Below the pieces are notes generated by a model. The model ran no database searches and was not told the origin of the DNA. It saw nothing but the letters and a program-made list of their open reading frames with translations. From positions 62,732-126,731 of IMG/VR virus record IMGVR_UViG_3300037510_000569: DNA of 64,000 nucleotides; one strand, written 5' to 3'. The translations under genes were made by a program, and so were the position numbers. Of the stretch, positions 17,503 through 25,360 are shown piece after piece (positions within the stretch are counted from its first letter, which is position 1; the number at the start of each line of letters is the position of its first letter). This DNA is from a virus. Lineage: Duplodnaviria; Heunggongvirae; Uroviricota; Caudoviricetes.

Positions 17503-17795
17503 CCGACAACCTCTACGACATCGGCGATCGCCCCGTCCTGACGGCGACCTTCAAGGACCCCGAAAGCAAAGAACTGGTCGACCCCGACGTAGTCGTCTGC
17601 ACCGTGCGACCGCCGGATTCCACCGTCGCCGAACAGCTCACGCCGACCGTCGAAAAAGTCTCGACGGGCGTCTATCGGACGACGCTCAGCGTCGATCGAG
17701 CGGGGCGCTGGTGGTATGCCTTCGACGGCGCGGGCGACAACCAGGCGTCCCAGGAGCGCTCCTTCACGGTGCGCGAGCAGCAGGTTCCCCGCTGA
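17499..17795 (+). CDS. hypothetical beta-rich small protein, possible fibre accessory or assembly protein
   Basis: ATGA overlap with the repeat-protein gene. Confidence 0.45.
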   Translation: MTDNLYDIGDRPVLTATFKDPESKELVDPDVVVCTVRPPDSTVAEQLTPTVEKVSTGVYRTTLSVDRAGRWWYAFDGAGDNQASQERSFTVREQQVPR

Positions 17796-17817
17796 TCCGT
17801 CGTCGGGGGAGCCTAGT

Positions 17818-17979
17818 GTGTTCCTCGTGAAACGCCCGCGCACGATCCCGCGCAAGCGCAAGGCGAAGAAGTCGCCCAGCGAGCTCGCCGCTCGTCAGCG
17901 CCGCCGCCAGGCCCGCCGGGAAGGACACGGTCGACGCCGACGCCGCGGCGCTATCGGACCGGCGATCCGCTATGCGTAG
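17818..17979 (+). CDS. very basic Arg/Lys-rich small protein (53 aa)
   Basis: GTG after gggggag; RKRKAKK..RQRRRQARR; could be a nucleic-acid-binding peptide; weak. Confidence 0.3.
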   Translation: MFLVKRPRTIPRKRKAKKSPSELAARQRRRQARREGHGRRRRRGAIGPAIRYA

Positions 17980-18199
17980 GGTCGTTCTCTGGGGTGGCCG
18001 CGCCGGCGATCTCCAGTTCGGCTCCCCCGCCGATCGCCAGCGCCAGGTTTGGCTTCGCCAGCGCGCCGCATGGATGCGGATGTCGGTGAAGTGGGCCGAA
18101 GCGATGACCGAAATTCAGAAGGCGGCCCTCGCCTCGGCGAAGATCATGGCCTCGGCGATGCTCAGCCAACGCGCCAAGCTGCCCGAGGTGACGCGGTGA
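17972..18199 (+). CDS. hypothetical protein
   Basis: 75-aa ORF whose ATG overlaps the upstream stop. Confidence 0.35.
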   Translation: MRRVVLWGGRAGDLQFGSPADRQRQVWLRQRAAWMRMSVKWAEAMTEIQKAALASAKIMASAMLSQRAKLPEVTR

Positions 18200-18378
18200 A
18201 GGCCGAGGGCGAGGGCGTCAGCCTCAGAAAGCAGGGTCTCAAGGCCGACTCCCTCTCTTGCCCGGAGGGTGGCCGTCACGCGGTCAGCGAGGCCGCCCTT
18301 GCCGCCGCCAAAGCACGCGGCGGGGGTGCCGTGACCTGCGTGAAGTGCGGACGCTCGGTTGCGATCAATCAGCGCTAG
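18196..18378 (+). CDS. small protein with a CxxC zinc-ribbon motif
   Basis: GTGA overlap; CVKCGR. Confidence 0.35.
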   Translation: MKAEGEGVSLRKQGLKADSLSCPEGGRHAVSEAALAAAKARGGGAVTCVKCGRSVAINQR

Positions 18379-18408
18379 GCATCCCGCCTGCGCTCTACCC
18401 TGCTCCTC

Positions 18409-21400
18409 GTGCTGCGCGAACCCGTTTTCGAGCCGATCGAGCAAGCGGCTGACGAGGACGATCCCGAGGGCCTGCTTGGCACCGCGGCCGGGCGTCTCCT
18501 CGAGGGTGCCGCCCACAGCGGTGCGATGGTCGCGCTCTACCCCGACGCCGCCACGGCGGCCGAGCTTGCCATCTCTGACGGCGAGGACGCCGACGAGCTC
18601 CACCTGACCCTCGCCTTCCTGGGCGAAGCGGAGAAGCTGAACCTCACGCGGGCGCTCCAGGTCGTCGCCGAGTGGGCCGCAGCCTGCCCGCCCAGCCTCT
18701 CGGGTGAGATCAGCGGCGTCGGCCAGTTCGCCACGGGTCCGGTCACCTACCTCTCAGTCGATCTGCCGGATCTCCCGCCTCTGCGCGAGCGTCTGGTCGA
18801 TGGGTTCGATGCAGCAGGGGTGCCGCCGAAGCGCGACCACGGCTTCACGCCCCACATCACGCTCGACTACGCGCGGCGCCGGCCCAAGATGGACAGGCCG
18901 ATCCCGATCCGCTTCGACCGCGCGACCCTGGCCTGGGCCGGTTCCCAGTTCAGCTTCCCGCTCGGCGTCCGCTCGGCGGTGCCCCTGCAGGAGGCCCGGA
19001 TGCTCCTGGAGGGCAAATGGGACGCGAGCCTCCACCCGCGCTGGCCGAAAGGCACCCCGCGCGCGGGCGAGTTCATGCGCGTGGGCCAGCGCTTCATCGG
19101 CTCCGACGGCAAGGAGTGGCAGATCGCCCACATCGCCGGGGGCAAGGTGATCGCCAACCGCGCCGAGGGCAAATACGCCGAGACGGAGACGGGGGTCTTC
19201 CATCCCGAGAAGGTCAAGGGCGGCAAGTCACCCCTCGAAGGCGGCGAGGAGACCCACGTCATCGCCGATGTGAAGAAAGAGGCCGCACCGCGCAAGGTCC
19301 AGGGAGGCAAGGGCAAGGGCGCGACGGTGCCGATCGTCGATCCCTACGTGGACGGGTCAAGCCACGACGCCTCTCTGCCGGTTCCGGCTGGCTCGAAAGT
19401 CAGCGCCGAGGAGTGGAAACGCTTCGGCAAGATCGACCAGGAGCACTACGCCGAGTTGATGCAGCGCTTCGGCAAATACAGCCCTGGCAAGGCCAAGTCG
19501 ATGATCGACGAGGCCTACAAGGACTACGAGGCCGAGATTCAGGCGATCGTGAAGAACGCCTACAGCGCCCAGTACGGCTCCTCCTCGGGCTTCACGCTGA
19601 GCCTCACCGGCGTCTTCAAGGCGATCACCGGCCAAGACAAGAAGGAGCTGGCGAAGCTCGACGCCCAGCGCCAGCGCGCCCTCGAGCTTCAGGGCCGCCA
19701 CAAAGACGTGATCGCCTGGGACCTCTACAACCGCACGCGCTCCCCTGACGTGGCGGTCTTCCACAAGTCCAACGACCCGCCGAGCTACTGGCAGGAGTTC
19801 ATCCAGGGCAACCGGCCGGTGATGTCGGGGCTGTCGCAGTCGTTCAACTTCGGCGCGAACTTCGGCTTCGGCTCGAACACGCTGGCGACCCCGCTGGCGA
19901 TCCGCCACGTCCTGATGTCCTCCTACTCCGCCCAGCCGATCCCCGGTCAGACCCACTTCGCCGGCGAGCTCGAGATCAGCGTCGCCGAGCAGCTCAAGAT
20001 CGACAACCGCTCGATCACCTTTTCGCTGCACGACATCACCGCCAACCAGAAAAAGTGGCTGATGGGAGTCACCAAGGCACCCACCGGCGGGGACACCGTA
20101 GAGCGCTTCAAGGAAGCGCTGCAGTCCGGCGAGATGCTGCCGACCCCGCCCGCCCCGCCGGACATTCAGATGCAGGGGGAGGGGCAGAAGCTCTGGATCG
20201 ATCCGCCGCCGGAGGCCGCCGATTACATCGAGCGCTTCGCCGACAAACTGCCGGCGCAGCAGGGGTCTCCGCTGGACCCCGGCAAACTCGACAAGAAAGG
20301 TCCGTGGGCCTTCAAGGATGCGGGCGGCTTGCCGAAAGCGACCGTCGCCAAGGAGTCCGAATACAAGCCCGGCGACTACATGCTGGGGCTGAAGGGCACG
20401 CTCTACATCGTCGTCGAGGACCCCGGCGACCCGACCGGCTTCGGCTTGCGCTACGTCAAGATCGAGAACGGCAAGTTCAGCGGGGAGTCCTACAACTTCG
20501 AGGGCGGCGGCGGCAATCAGTACTTCAAGCTCAGCGCCCACTACGAGCTCCCCGACCCCCACAAAGAAGCGAAAGCATCCGACCTCTTCGACCCGCACGC
20601 CTGGGTCAACGGCGAGAAAGAGAAGTTCGTCGGCAAGCTGGAGCCGGGCGACAAGTTCAAGGTCAACGGCAGCCCCTACGAGGTCAAAGCCCAGCTGAGC
20701 GGCGCCCAGACCCAGATCACCGACCTCACCAGCGGCAAGGTCGGCACGATCAACACCGACTACAAGACCCATGTCCTGGTGCCGAAGGAGGGCTACGTGC
20801 CCGAGGCACCCGAAGGGGAGAAGCTGGCGCCGGCCAAAGGGATGACGCTCGCCTACGACGGCACAAAGCACGTCGTGACGACGATCCTGAAGGACGGCAC
20901 CGTCAAGGCGAAACCGACCGGCGGCGGCAAAACGGTGGCGATCGCAGCAGACGATCCTGAGCTGGACAACCTCTATGACCCAACCGCCCACAAGATCGGG
21001 GCCAAAATCAAGGCCGGCGACCTCGCCGTCGGCCAGCTCTTCCACGGCGGCCGCGGTTCCACGCAGCGCCCCTACGTCATCACGGGCGCGGAGGGCAACA
21101 AGGTCACCTGGCGATCGCTGGACACTGGCGAGGAGGGCATCTTCACCAAGGCCAAGCAGGTCCGACTGCTCGATGACGCGGAAGCGCCAGAGCCGGAGGC
21201 AGAGCAGCCGAGCGTCGAGCCGATCTCGCACGACCAACTCAAGCCGGGGGACTCAACGACGATCTCCAACTTGAAGGCGGGCGACTTCTTCTCGGTCGAT
21301 GGCGAAGTCTTTAACGTGGTCTGGGAGCCGCCGACGCTCGAGGACAACGCCGGCGTGGCCAAGGTGATGCCATCAGGCGAGATCGGCGCGGGGAGCAGCG

Positions 21401-22713
21401 AGGGCGCTTACCCGGACAAGCTCGTCACCTACACGGGCACTGCGCCGCCGCTACCCGCCACCGATATGCCCGAGGGCGGATTCCCCGACCTAGTGGCCGA
21501 GGGCGGATTTGACCCCTACAAGTCGAAGTACGGCAGCGGCGGCAAATACACCCACGACAAGCTCGGCGAAATGGTCCCCGGCACGATCTTCCGCGACAAG
21601 GGCGGCAAGCTCTGGAAGATCAAGGAGGCCGACCACGCCGTCATCGTCACCGATGGCAATGTCCTCTACACCGCCGACGCTTCGCTGCGCGGGCGGGTCG
21701 TCCAAGCGGAGTTCGTCGACACGACCGGCCCGGTCAAGGGCCCGCACGCCGATCCTCAAGAGGTCGCCGCAGCGGAGGGCTTGGCCCCGAACAGCAAGGG
21801 CCTGACGATGGCTGATCTGCCAGCCGGTGCGACCGTCTTGGTCAACGGCGAGGTCCAAGTGGTCAAGGCGCCCGCCGAGCCCGGCGACGAGGTGAGCGCG
21901 CTGGCTGCTTCCACCGAACTCGCAGACGGAGGCGAGAACCTTCTGGGTCCGGCGATCATCCCCGATCAGATCAAGCTGCCACCGAAGGTGAAATCGTTGG
22001 GAGCCCTCAAGGAAGGCGACACCTTCGCAGGCGCGGACGGTAAGCAGCACATCGTCGTAGCCAAGTCCGTCGATGGCGACGTAGTCGTTAAGACGCCAGG
22101 AGGTCAGCTGTGGAAGCTCCCGCCCTCGACCCCGCGCGACGCGGTCGACGCCGGTGTCGATGGTGGCCTCGCTGCGCCGCCGAAACCGGCACCCCCACCA
22201 GGTGATTTGAAAGTCGCCGACCTCGAGGACGGCGCGGTATTCATGGGTGCAGGGGGCGAGCTCAATACGGTCGTCGCCAAGACGGTTGACGGCGGGATCG
22301 TCGTGATGAAGGGCGACAAGCCCGGCGGCGAGATGACGACCCTCCCCGGCACCGCGGTCATCAAGGCAAGCCAAGTCGATGTGGAAGCCGAGGGCGGCGT
22401 AGCGGGTATCCCGTCCGAGGGCGAGTGGAGCGAGGCAGTGCAGCAGGCTCTCGGCGAAGCAGGGGTCACGATGGAGGAGGTCCCGGTGGCGAGTGGGATC
22501 GAGGGCTACAAGTCCAAATGGGGCTCTGGCGGCAAGTACCAGCACTACATGCTGAGCGAGCTCGAGCCCGGCGCCGTCTTCGTCGACAAGCAGGGCAACA
22601 GCTACACCGTCGTCGGCGGCGGGCCGAAGGGGTCGATCCTGGTGCTCGGCTCAGCCAGCGGCCTGCTCAGCCTCGCGCCGGCGGGCCTGCGCGCGAAACG
22701 CCTCGAAAGCTGA
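18409..22713 (+). CDS. giant 1434-aa multidomain protein: N-terminal 2H phosphoesterase (LigT/CPDase-like), putative R-S-ExE ADP-ribosyltransferase region, then many repeats of a roughly 40-aa small beta domain
   Basis: Two HxTx motifs (HLTLAF and HITLDY) about 85 aa apart; YNRTRS...SGLSQSF...AGELEIS spaced like ART R / STS / ExE; repeats of L(K/E)xGDxF..G..Y.VV...DG.V.V and GYKSK(Y/W)GSGGKY. Confidence 0.7.
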   Translation: MLREPVFEPIEQAADEDDPEGLLGTAAGRLLEGAAHSGAMVALYPDAATAAELAISDGEDADELHLTLAFLGEAEKLNLTRALQVVAEWAAACPPSLSGEISGVGQFATGPVTYLSVDLPDLPPLRERLVDGFDAAGVPPKRDHGFTPHITLDYARRRPKMDRPIPIRFDRATLAWAGSQFSFPLGVRSAVPLQEARMLLEGKWDASLHPRWPKGTPRAGEFMRVGQRFIGSDGKEWQIAHIAGGKVIANRAEGKYAETETGVFHPEKVKGGKSPLEGGEETHVIADVKKEAAPRKVQGGKGKGATVPIVDPYVDGSSHDASLPVPAGSKVSAEEWKRFGKIDQEHYAELMQRFGKYSPGKAKSMIDEAYKDYEAEIQAIVKNAYSAQYGSSSGFTLSLTGVFKAITGQDKKELAKLDAQRQRALELQGRHKDVIAWDLYNRTRSPDVAVFHKSNDPPSYWQEFIQGNRPVMSGLSQSFNFGANFGFGSNTLATPLAIRHVLMSSYSAQPIPGQTHFAGELEISVAEQLKIDNRSITFSLHDITANQKKWLMGVTKAPTGGDTVERFKEALQSGEMLPTPPAPPDIQMQGEGQKLWIDPPPEAADYIERFADKLPAQQGSPLDPGKLDKKGPWAFKDAGGLPKATVAKESEYKPGDYMLGLKGTLYIVVEDPGDPTGFGLRYVKIENGKFSGESYNFEGGGGNQYFKLSAHYELPDPHKEAKASDLFDPHAWVNGEKEKFVGKLEPGDKFKVNGSPYEVKAQLSGAQTQITDLTSGKVGTINTDYKTHVLVPKEGYVPEAPEGEKLAPAKGMTLAYDGTKHVVTTILKDGTVKAKPTGGGKTVAIAADDPELDNLYDPTAHKIGAKIKAGDLAVGQLFHGGRGSTQRPYVITGAEGNKVTWRSLDTGEEGIFTKAKQVRLLDDAEAPEPEAEQPSVEPISHDQLKPGDSTTISNLKAGDFFSVDGEVFNVVWEPPTLEDNAGVAKVMPSGEIGAGSSEGAYPDKLVTYTGTAPPLPATDMPEGGFPDLVAEGGFDPYKSKYGSGGKYTHDKLGEMVPGTIFRDKGGKLWKIKEADHAVIVTDGNVLYTADASLRGRVVQAEFVDTTGPVKGPHADPQEVAAAEGLAPNSKGLTMADLPAGATVLVNGEVQVVKAPAEPGDEVSALAASTELADGGENLLGPAIIPDQIKLPPKVKSLGALKEGDTFAGADGKQHIVVAKSVDGDVVVKTPGGQLWKLPPSTPRDAVDAGVDGGLAAPPKPAPPPGDLKVADLEDGAVFMGAGGELNTVVAKTVDGGIVVMKGDKPGGEMTTLPGTAVIKASQVDVEAEGGVAGIPSEGEWSEAVQQALGEAGVTMEEVPVASGIEGYKSKWGSGGKYQHYMLSELEPGAVFVDKQGNSYTVVGGGPKGSILVLGSASGLLSLAPAGLRAKRLES

Positions 22714-22731
22714 GGCGGTATTTTCGGGCGG

Positions 22732-23073
22732 ATGCCCGACCAGAACCTCCTTGCCCTCGCTCGCGCCAACCAGGTGCGAGAAGAACGGAAAGCGATCAAA
22801 GACAAGCTGGCGCGGCGGGAGCTTCTGCTCGACGATGTGCTCGAACAGCCGATCCCTCGATGCCTCGCCAACATGCGCGTTGTCGATCTGATCGCCTCGG
22901 CTCGCGGTTTCGGACAACCCAAGGCGAAAAGGGTGATTAAGCGCTTCCGCCACCCCGAGAGTCGTAGGCTCGGAAGCCTCTCCAAGCCTCAGCGAGTCGA
23001 GCTGGTCTTGCTCCTCGCTCGCCACAACGGACAGGCGCTCTACGGTGCAGCACACCGCGAGTACATCTGCTAA
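22732..23073 (+). CDS. mihF: mIHF / sIHF-like actinobacterial integration-host-factor-type DNA-binding protein
   Basis: MRVVDLIASARGFGQPKAKRVIKRF..RRLGSLSKPQRVELV resembles mycobacterial mIHF (recalled from memory). Confidence 0.55.
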   Translation: MPDQNLLALARANQVREERKAIKDKLARRELLLDDVLEQPIPRCLANMRVVDLIASARGFGQPKAKRVIKRFRHPESRRLGSLSKPQRVELVLLLARHNGQALYGAAHREYIC

Positions 23074-23098
23074 CTTTGTTGGCACCCGACCAAGGAGG
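23070..23098 (+). promoter_or_regulatory. full copy of the start-associated motif
   Basis: ctaactttgttggcacccgaccaaggagg ending 6 nt before the ATG at 23105. Confidence 0.55.
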
Positions 23099-23104
23099 TG
23101 CCCC

Positions 23105-23347
23105 ATGCAAAGGGCAGCCGTTTTCATCGTTTCAGAGGGCTTGCCGATGCTCTGCGAGCTCGCCATCCGAGAGTCCACGACGGCACCTGGCAGGATCAAG
23201 GTCGGCTTCGTCGCCGACATCCCTGAGGAGGGCGAGGTGCTGGCGACCGGAGCTGCGGCGGAGCAGCTCGGCGAGGTCTCCACGCTCCCGGAGGGCGCGG
23301 GAGGAAAGAGCCTGATGGGTCCCGAGTTCCGCCTGGAGATGAACTGA
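23105..23347 (+). CDS. hypothetical protein (80 aa)
   Basis: Strong RBS within the start-associated motif. Confidence 0.5.
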   Translation: MQRAAVFIVSEGLPMLCELAIRESTTAPGRIKVGFVADIPEEGEVLATGAAAEQLGEVSTLPEGAGGKSLMGPEFRLEMN

Positions 23348-23770
23348 ATGAAGCTCGCCACGAAGGTGATCTTCGACCGCGAAGAGAGAGCGGTGGTCCG
23401 CTCTGCCTATACCCACATTCGGATCAGCTTCCCTGACCCAACTGCGGCGGAGGAAGACGCCATCTTCCGCGCCTTGAACGCGATGGTTGAAGGGCAGGAG
23501 GTCGGCCGAGTCCAGATCGAAAACGCGATCGGGGGTTTCACGACTCTGGCCGAGGATTGCAAAGCCCAGTCCGAGCGTGCTTACTGGCGCAGGGCAATGA
23601 AGCTGGAAGAGCCTCAGGTCGAGCGCCCTAGTCGAGTCGGGGGCGTCGCCTTGATCGCCGACCCAGAGCAGACGGCGATGATGCTCGCCGAGACGCGCCG
23701 CTTTCAGCAAGACGACGCTCAGCGCGCAGTCGAGTTGCTGGAGCGGGCGCTTAGGCACGTACGCGACTGA
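23348..23770 (+). CDS. hypothetical protein
   Basis: 140-aa ORF, ATG 3 nt after the upstream stop. Confidence 0.5.
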   Translation: MKLATKVIFDREERAVVRSAYTHIRISFPDPTAAEEDAIFRALNAMVEGQEVGRVQIENAIGGFTTLAEDCKAQSERAYWRRAMKLEEPQVERPSRVGGVALIADPEQTAMMLAETRRFQQDDAQRAVELLERALRHVRD

Positions 23771-24372
23771 TGGGCCGCGCCAGTCGCCGCAAGCAGGAAA
23801 CTACCCGCGAGGAACGCATCGCCGGGCGCGAGACTCAAGCGACGCCGATGAGCTTCCGGGAGTTCTCGGACATCGTTCAGGAGGCCGAGCGCAACGACTA
23901 CGAAAGGCGGCGCGGGGCCGCCAACGACCCCAATCCCAAGCTGCTGCTCGAACGCGATGGGAAGCTGAAAATCATCTTCTTCGATCACGCGATGTTCAAC
24001 ACCGAGGAGGGGAAGGACGCCGCCGCCGCCGCGATTCTCGAGGCCGTAAAGAAGTCTGGGGCGCGCAAGGTCGCCTTCGCTCAGCCCGGATGGGGTCTCT
24101 TCGATCCGGAGGCGAACCAAAAAGCCATCGATGGAACCGGCCCGACCCCGATCGACCACCCAGACCGCAAGGAGATCCATGTCCTGATCGTCTTGGACGC
24201 TGAGCGTGTAGAGACCTACGTTGCGGAGGTCGAGCGCCTCGGCAAGAAGAAGCGCGGCCATCTGCGCCCCTGGAATGAGCATGTTGGCGGCGGCCCCCTG
24301 CTTGACGACATGGCCGCTGGCAACTATGTGGACAGCCGGTTCATCAACCCAGTGAAGGAGGCTTTGCGATGA
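23770..24372 (+). CDS. hypothetical protein
   Basis: 200-aa ORF with protein-like composition. Confidence 0.5.
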   Translation: MGRASRRKQETTREERIAGRETQATPMSFREFSDIVQEAERNDYERRRGAANDPNPKLLLERDGKLKIIFFDHAMFNTEEGKDAAAAAILEAVKKSGARKVAFAQPGWGLFDPEANQKAIDGTGPTPIDHPDRKEIHVLIVLDAERVETYVAEVERLGKKKRGHLRPWNEHVGGGPLLDDMAAGNYVDSRFINPVKEALR

Positions 24373-24623
24373 GAGAGACGCGCGCGCAAAAACGTATCCG
24401 CAAGGCTATGGAAGCTCGTCAGCCAGAAAAGATCACCTATGAGGAACTCGCGAACGTGGTGCAAGAAATCCGCGAACCCTGGCGGCCTCCCCCGGTAAAC
24501 TCGCCGAGGGGCTCATGTCCCCGGTCAGGAGCGACGGAGGGCCGAAGTCTGCGGGTTATCCCTTTCCTTTTACGAAAGAACTCCCGTCGGCAACAACATG
24601 CTCGCCGCTCGCTCGTGCGCTAG
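24369..24623 (+). CDS. small hypothetical protein; its 3' end is uncertain because the frame runs into the first Y-RNA-like unit
   Basis: ATGA overlap; MRETRAQKRIRKAMEARQPEKITYEELANVVQEIRE looks real, the tail is junk-like. Confidence 0.3.
   Translation: MRETRAQKRIRKAMEARQPEKITYEELANVVQEIREPWRPPPVNSPRGSCPRSGATEGRSLRVIPFLLRKNSRRQQHARRSLVR
24530..24612 (+). ncRNA. Y-RNA-like unit 1 (minimal)
   Basis: GGGCCGAAG..GGGTTATCC 5' motif and caacatgctcgcc 3' motif; no tRNA-like module. Confidence 0.5.
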
Positions 24624-24644
24624 GCTTTCTTCGCTTCAAGAGCC

Positions 24645-24780
24645 TGGTGTCGGGCCGAAGCGGATCGGTTATCAATTGGACAGAGCGCTCGCGCAAGCGA
24701 GAGGTTGCGGGTTCGATCCCCGCCTTCCACCGCTCCAACGGTGGATGTAGCTACACCGACTGCACCCCACGCTCGGCACC
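24645..24780 (+). ncRNA. Y-RNA-like unit 2 with tRNA-like T-arm module
   Basis: GGGCCGAAGcggatcGGTTATC ... gcgggttcgatccccgc ... gcaccCCACGCTCGGC. Confidence 0.55.
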
Positions 24781-24794
24781 TTCGCTAGACTCGG

Positions 24795-24933
24795 CTCCGC
24801 CGGGCCGAAGTGAATCGGTTATCTCATGCCAAGAGAGAGGTCGCGGGTTCGAGTCCCGCTCCGGGCCGCAAGGACCGGGTAGCTCAGCTGGTAGAGCGCT
24901 AAAACTCCGATTTGCACCCCATGCTCGGCGCTT
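24795..24933 (+). ncRNA. Y-RNA-like unit 3 with T-arm-like and D-arm-like elements
   Basis: GGGCCGAAGugaaucGGUUAUCUC (near-identical to the human Y RNA GGUCCGAAG..GUUAUCUC stem, from memory) ... cgcgggttcgagtcccgc ... gggtagctcagctggtagagcgc ... caccCCATGCTCGGC. Confidence 0.6.
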
Positions 24934-24947
24934 CTCGCTAGACTGGC

Positions 24948-25056
24948 CCCGCCAGGCCGAAGCGATCGTCGGTTATCACTGGTTCGATTCCTGTCAGCCC
25001 GCACTTGGGCTGTGCTCATGGGAGCTTCCCGACTCGCACCCCACGCTTGGCGACTT
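24948..25056 (+). ncRNA. Y-RNA-like unit 4
   Basis: AGGCCGAAGcgatcgtcGGTTATC ... ggttcgattcc ... gcaccCCACGCTTGGC. Confidence 0.5.
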
Positions 25057-25074
25057 CCACGCGCTAGACTCGCT

Positions 25075-25222
25075 TCCGCCGGGCCGAAGCAGGTTGGTTA
25101 TCGGCTCATAACCGGGTGGCCGCGGGTTCGAGTCCCGTCGCACCTCCGCCTTCGGGCCACGGGTGCGTAGCTCAGTTGGTAGAGCACCTAAACGCCAATC
25201 GGCAATCCCACGCTCGGCACTT
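25075..25222 (+). ncRNA. Y-RNA-like unit 5 with T-arm-like and D-arm-like elements
   Basis: GGGCCGAAGcaggttGGTTATC ... cgcgggttcgagtcccg ... gtgcgtagctcagttggtagagcac ... caatcCCACGCTCGGC. Confidence 0.55.
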
Positions 25223-25259
25223 CCTCGACGCGACACCGGACCCTTTGCTAGTGTCGCGC

Positions 25260-25330
25260 GTGGGCGGGCCGAAGCCCTTCGGTTATCTCTTACGGAAAAG
25301 ACCCGATCGGCAACCCCACGCTCGCTCGTC
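25260..25330 (+). ncRNA. Y-RNA-like unit 6 (minimal)
   Basis: GGGCCGAAGcccttcGGTTATCTC ... caaccCCACGCTCGCT; ends about 30 nt before the Ro60 start. Confidence 0.5.
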
Positions 25331-25360
25331 TCTTGTACTCCACTGACCGGGAGGACCCCA

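Noticed and set aside
19357-21237. 626-aa minus-strand ORF, plus 21490..22545 (-), 10743..11882 (-), 13176..14051 (-), 25685..27229 (-), 37417..38634 (-), 38650..40095 (-), 46959..48305 (-), 51134..52147 (-), 53073..54167 (-), 54047..55111 (-)
   Set aside because: All lie antisense to strongly supported plus-strand genes (giant proteins, Ro60, sheath, tape measure). All show the Arg/Ala/Gly/Pro-rich, stop-poor signature of non-coding frames in 65% GC DNA.
24527-25340. CRISPR array interpretation of the repeated GGGCCGAAG..GGTTATC units
   Set aside because: Repeat units are 60-150 nt with variable internal structure, not 25-40-nt identical repeats with unique spacers, and no cas genes are present. 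The conservation pattern fits structured Y-RNA-like genes next to Ro60.
25163-25360. Upstream in-frame extension of the Ro60 ORF (track start 25163)
   Set aside because: It overlaps Y-RNA-like units 5 and 6 and has junk-like sequence. The ATG at 25361 has a proper RBS and begins the conserved TROVE N-terminus.
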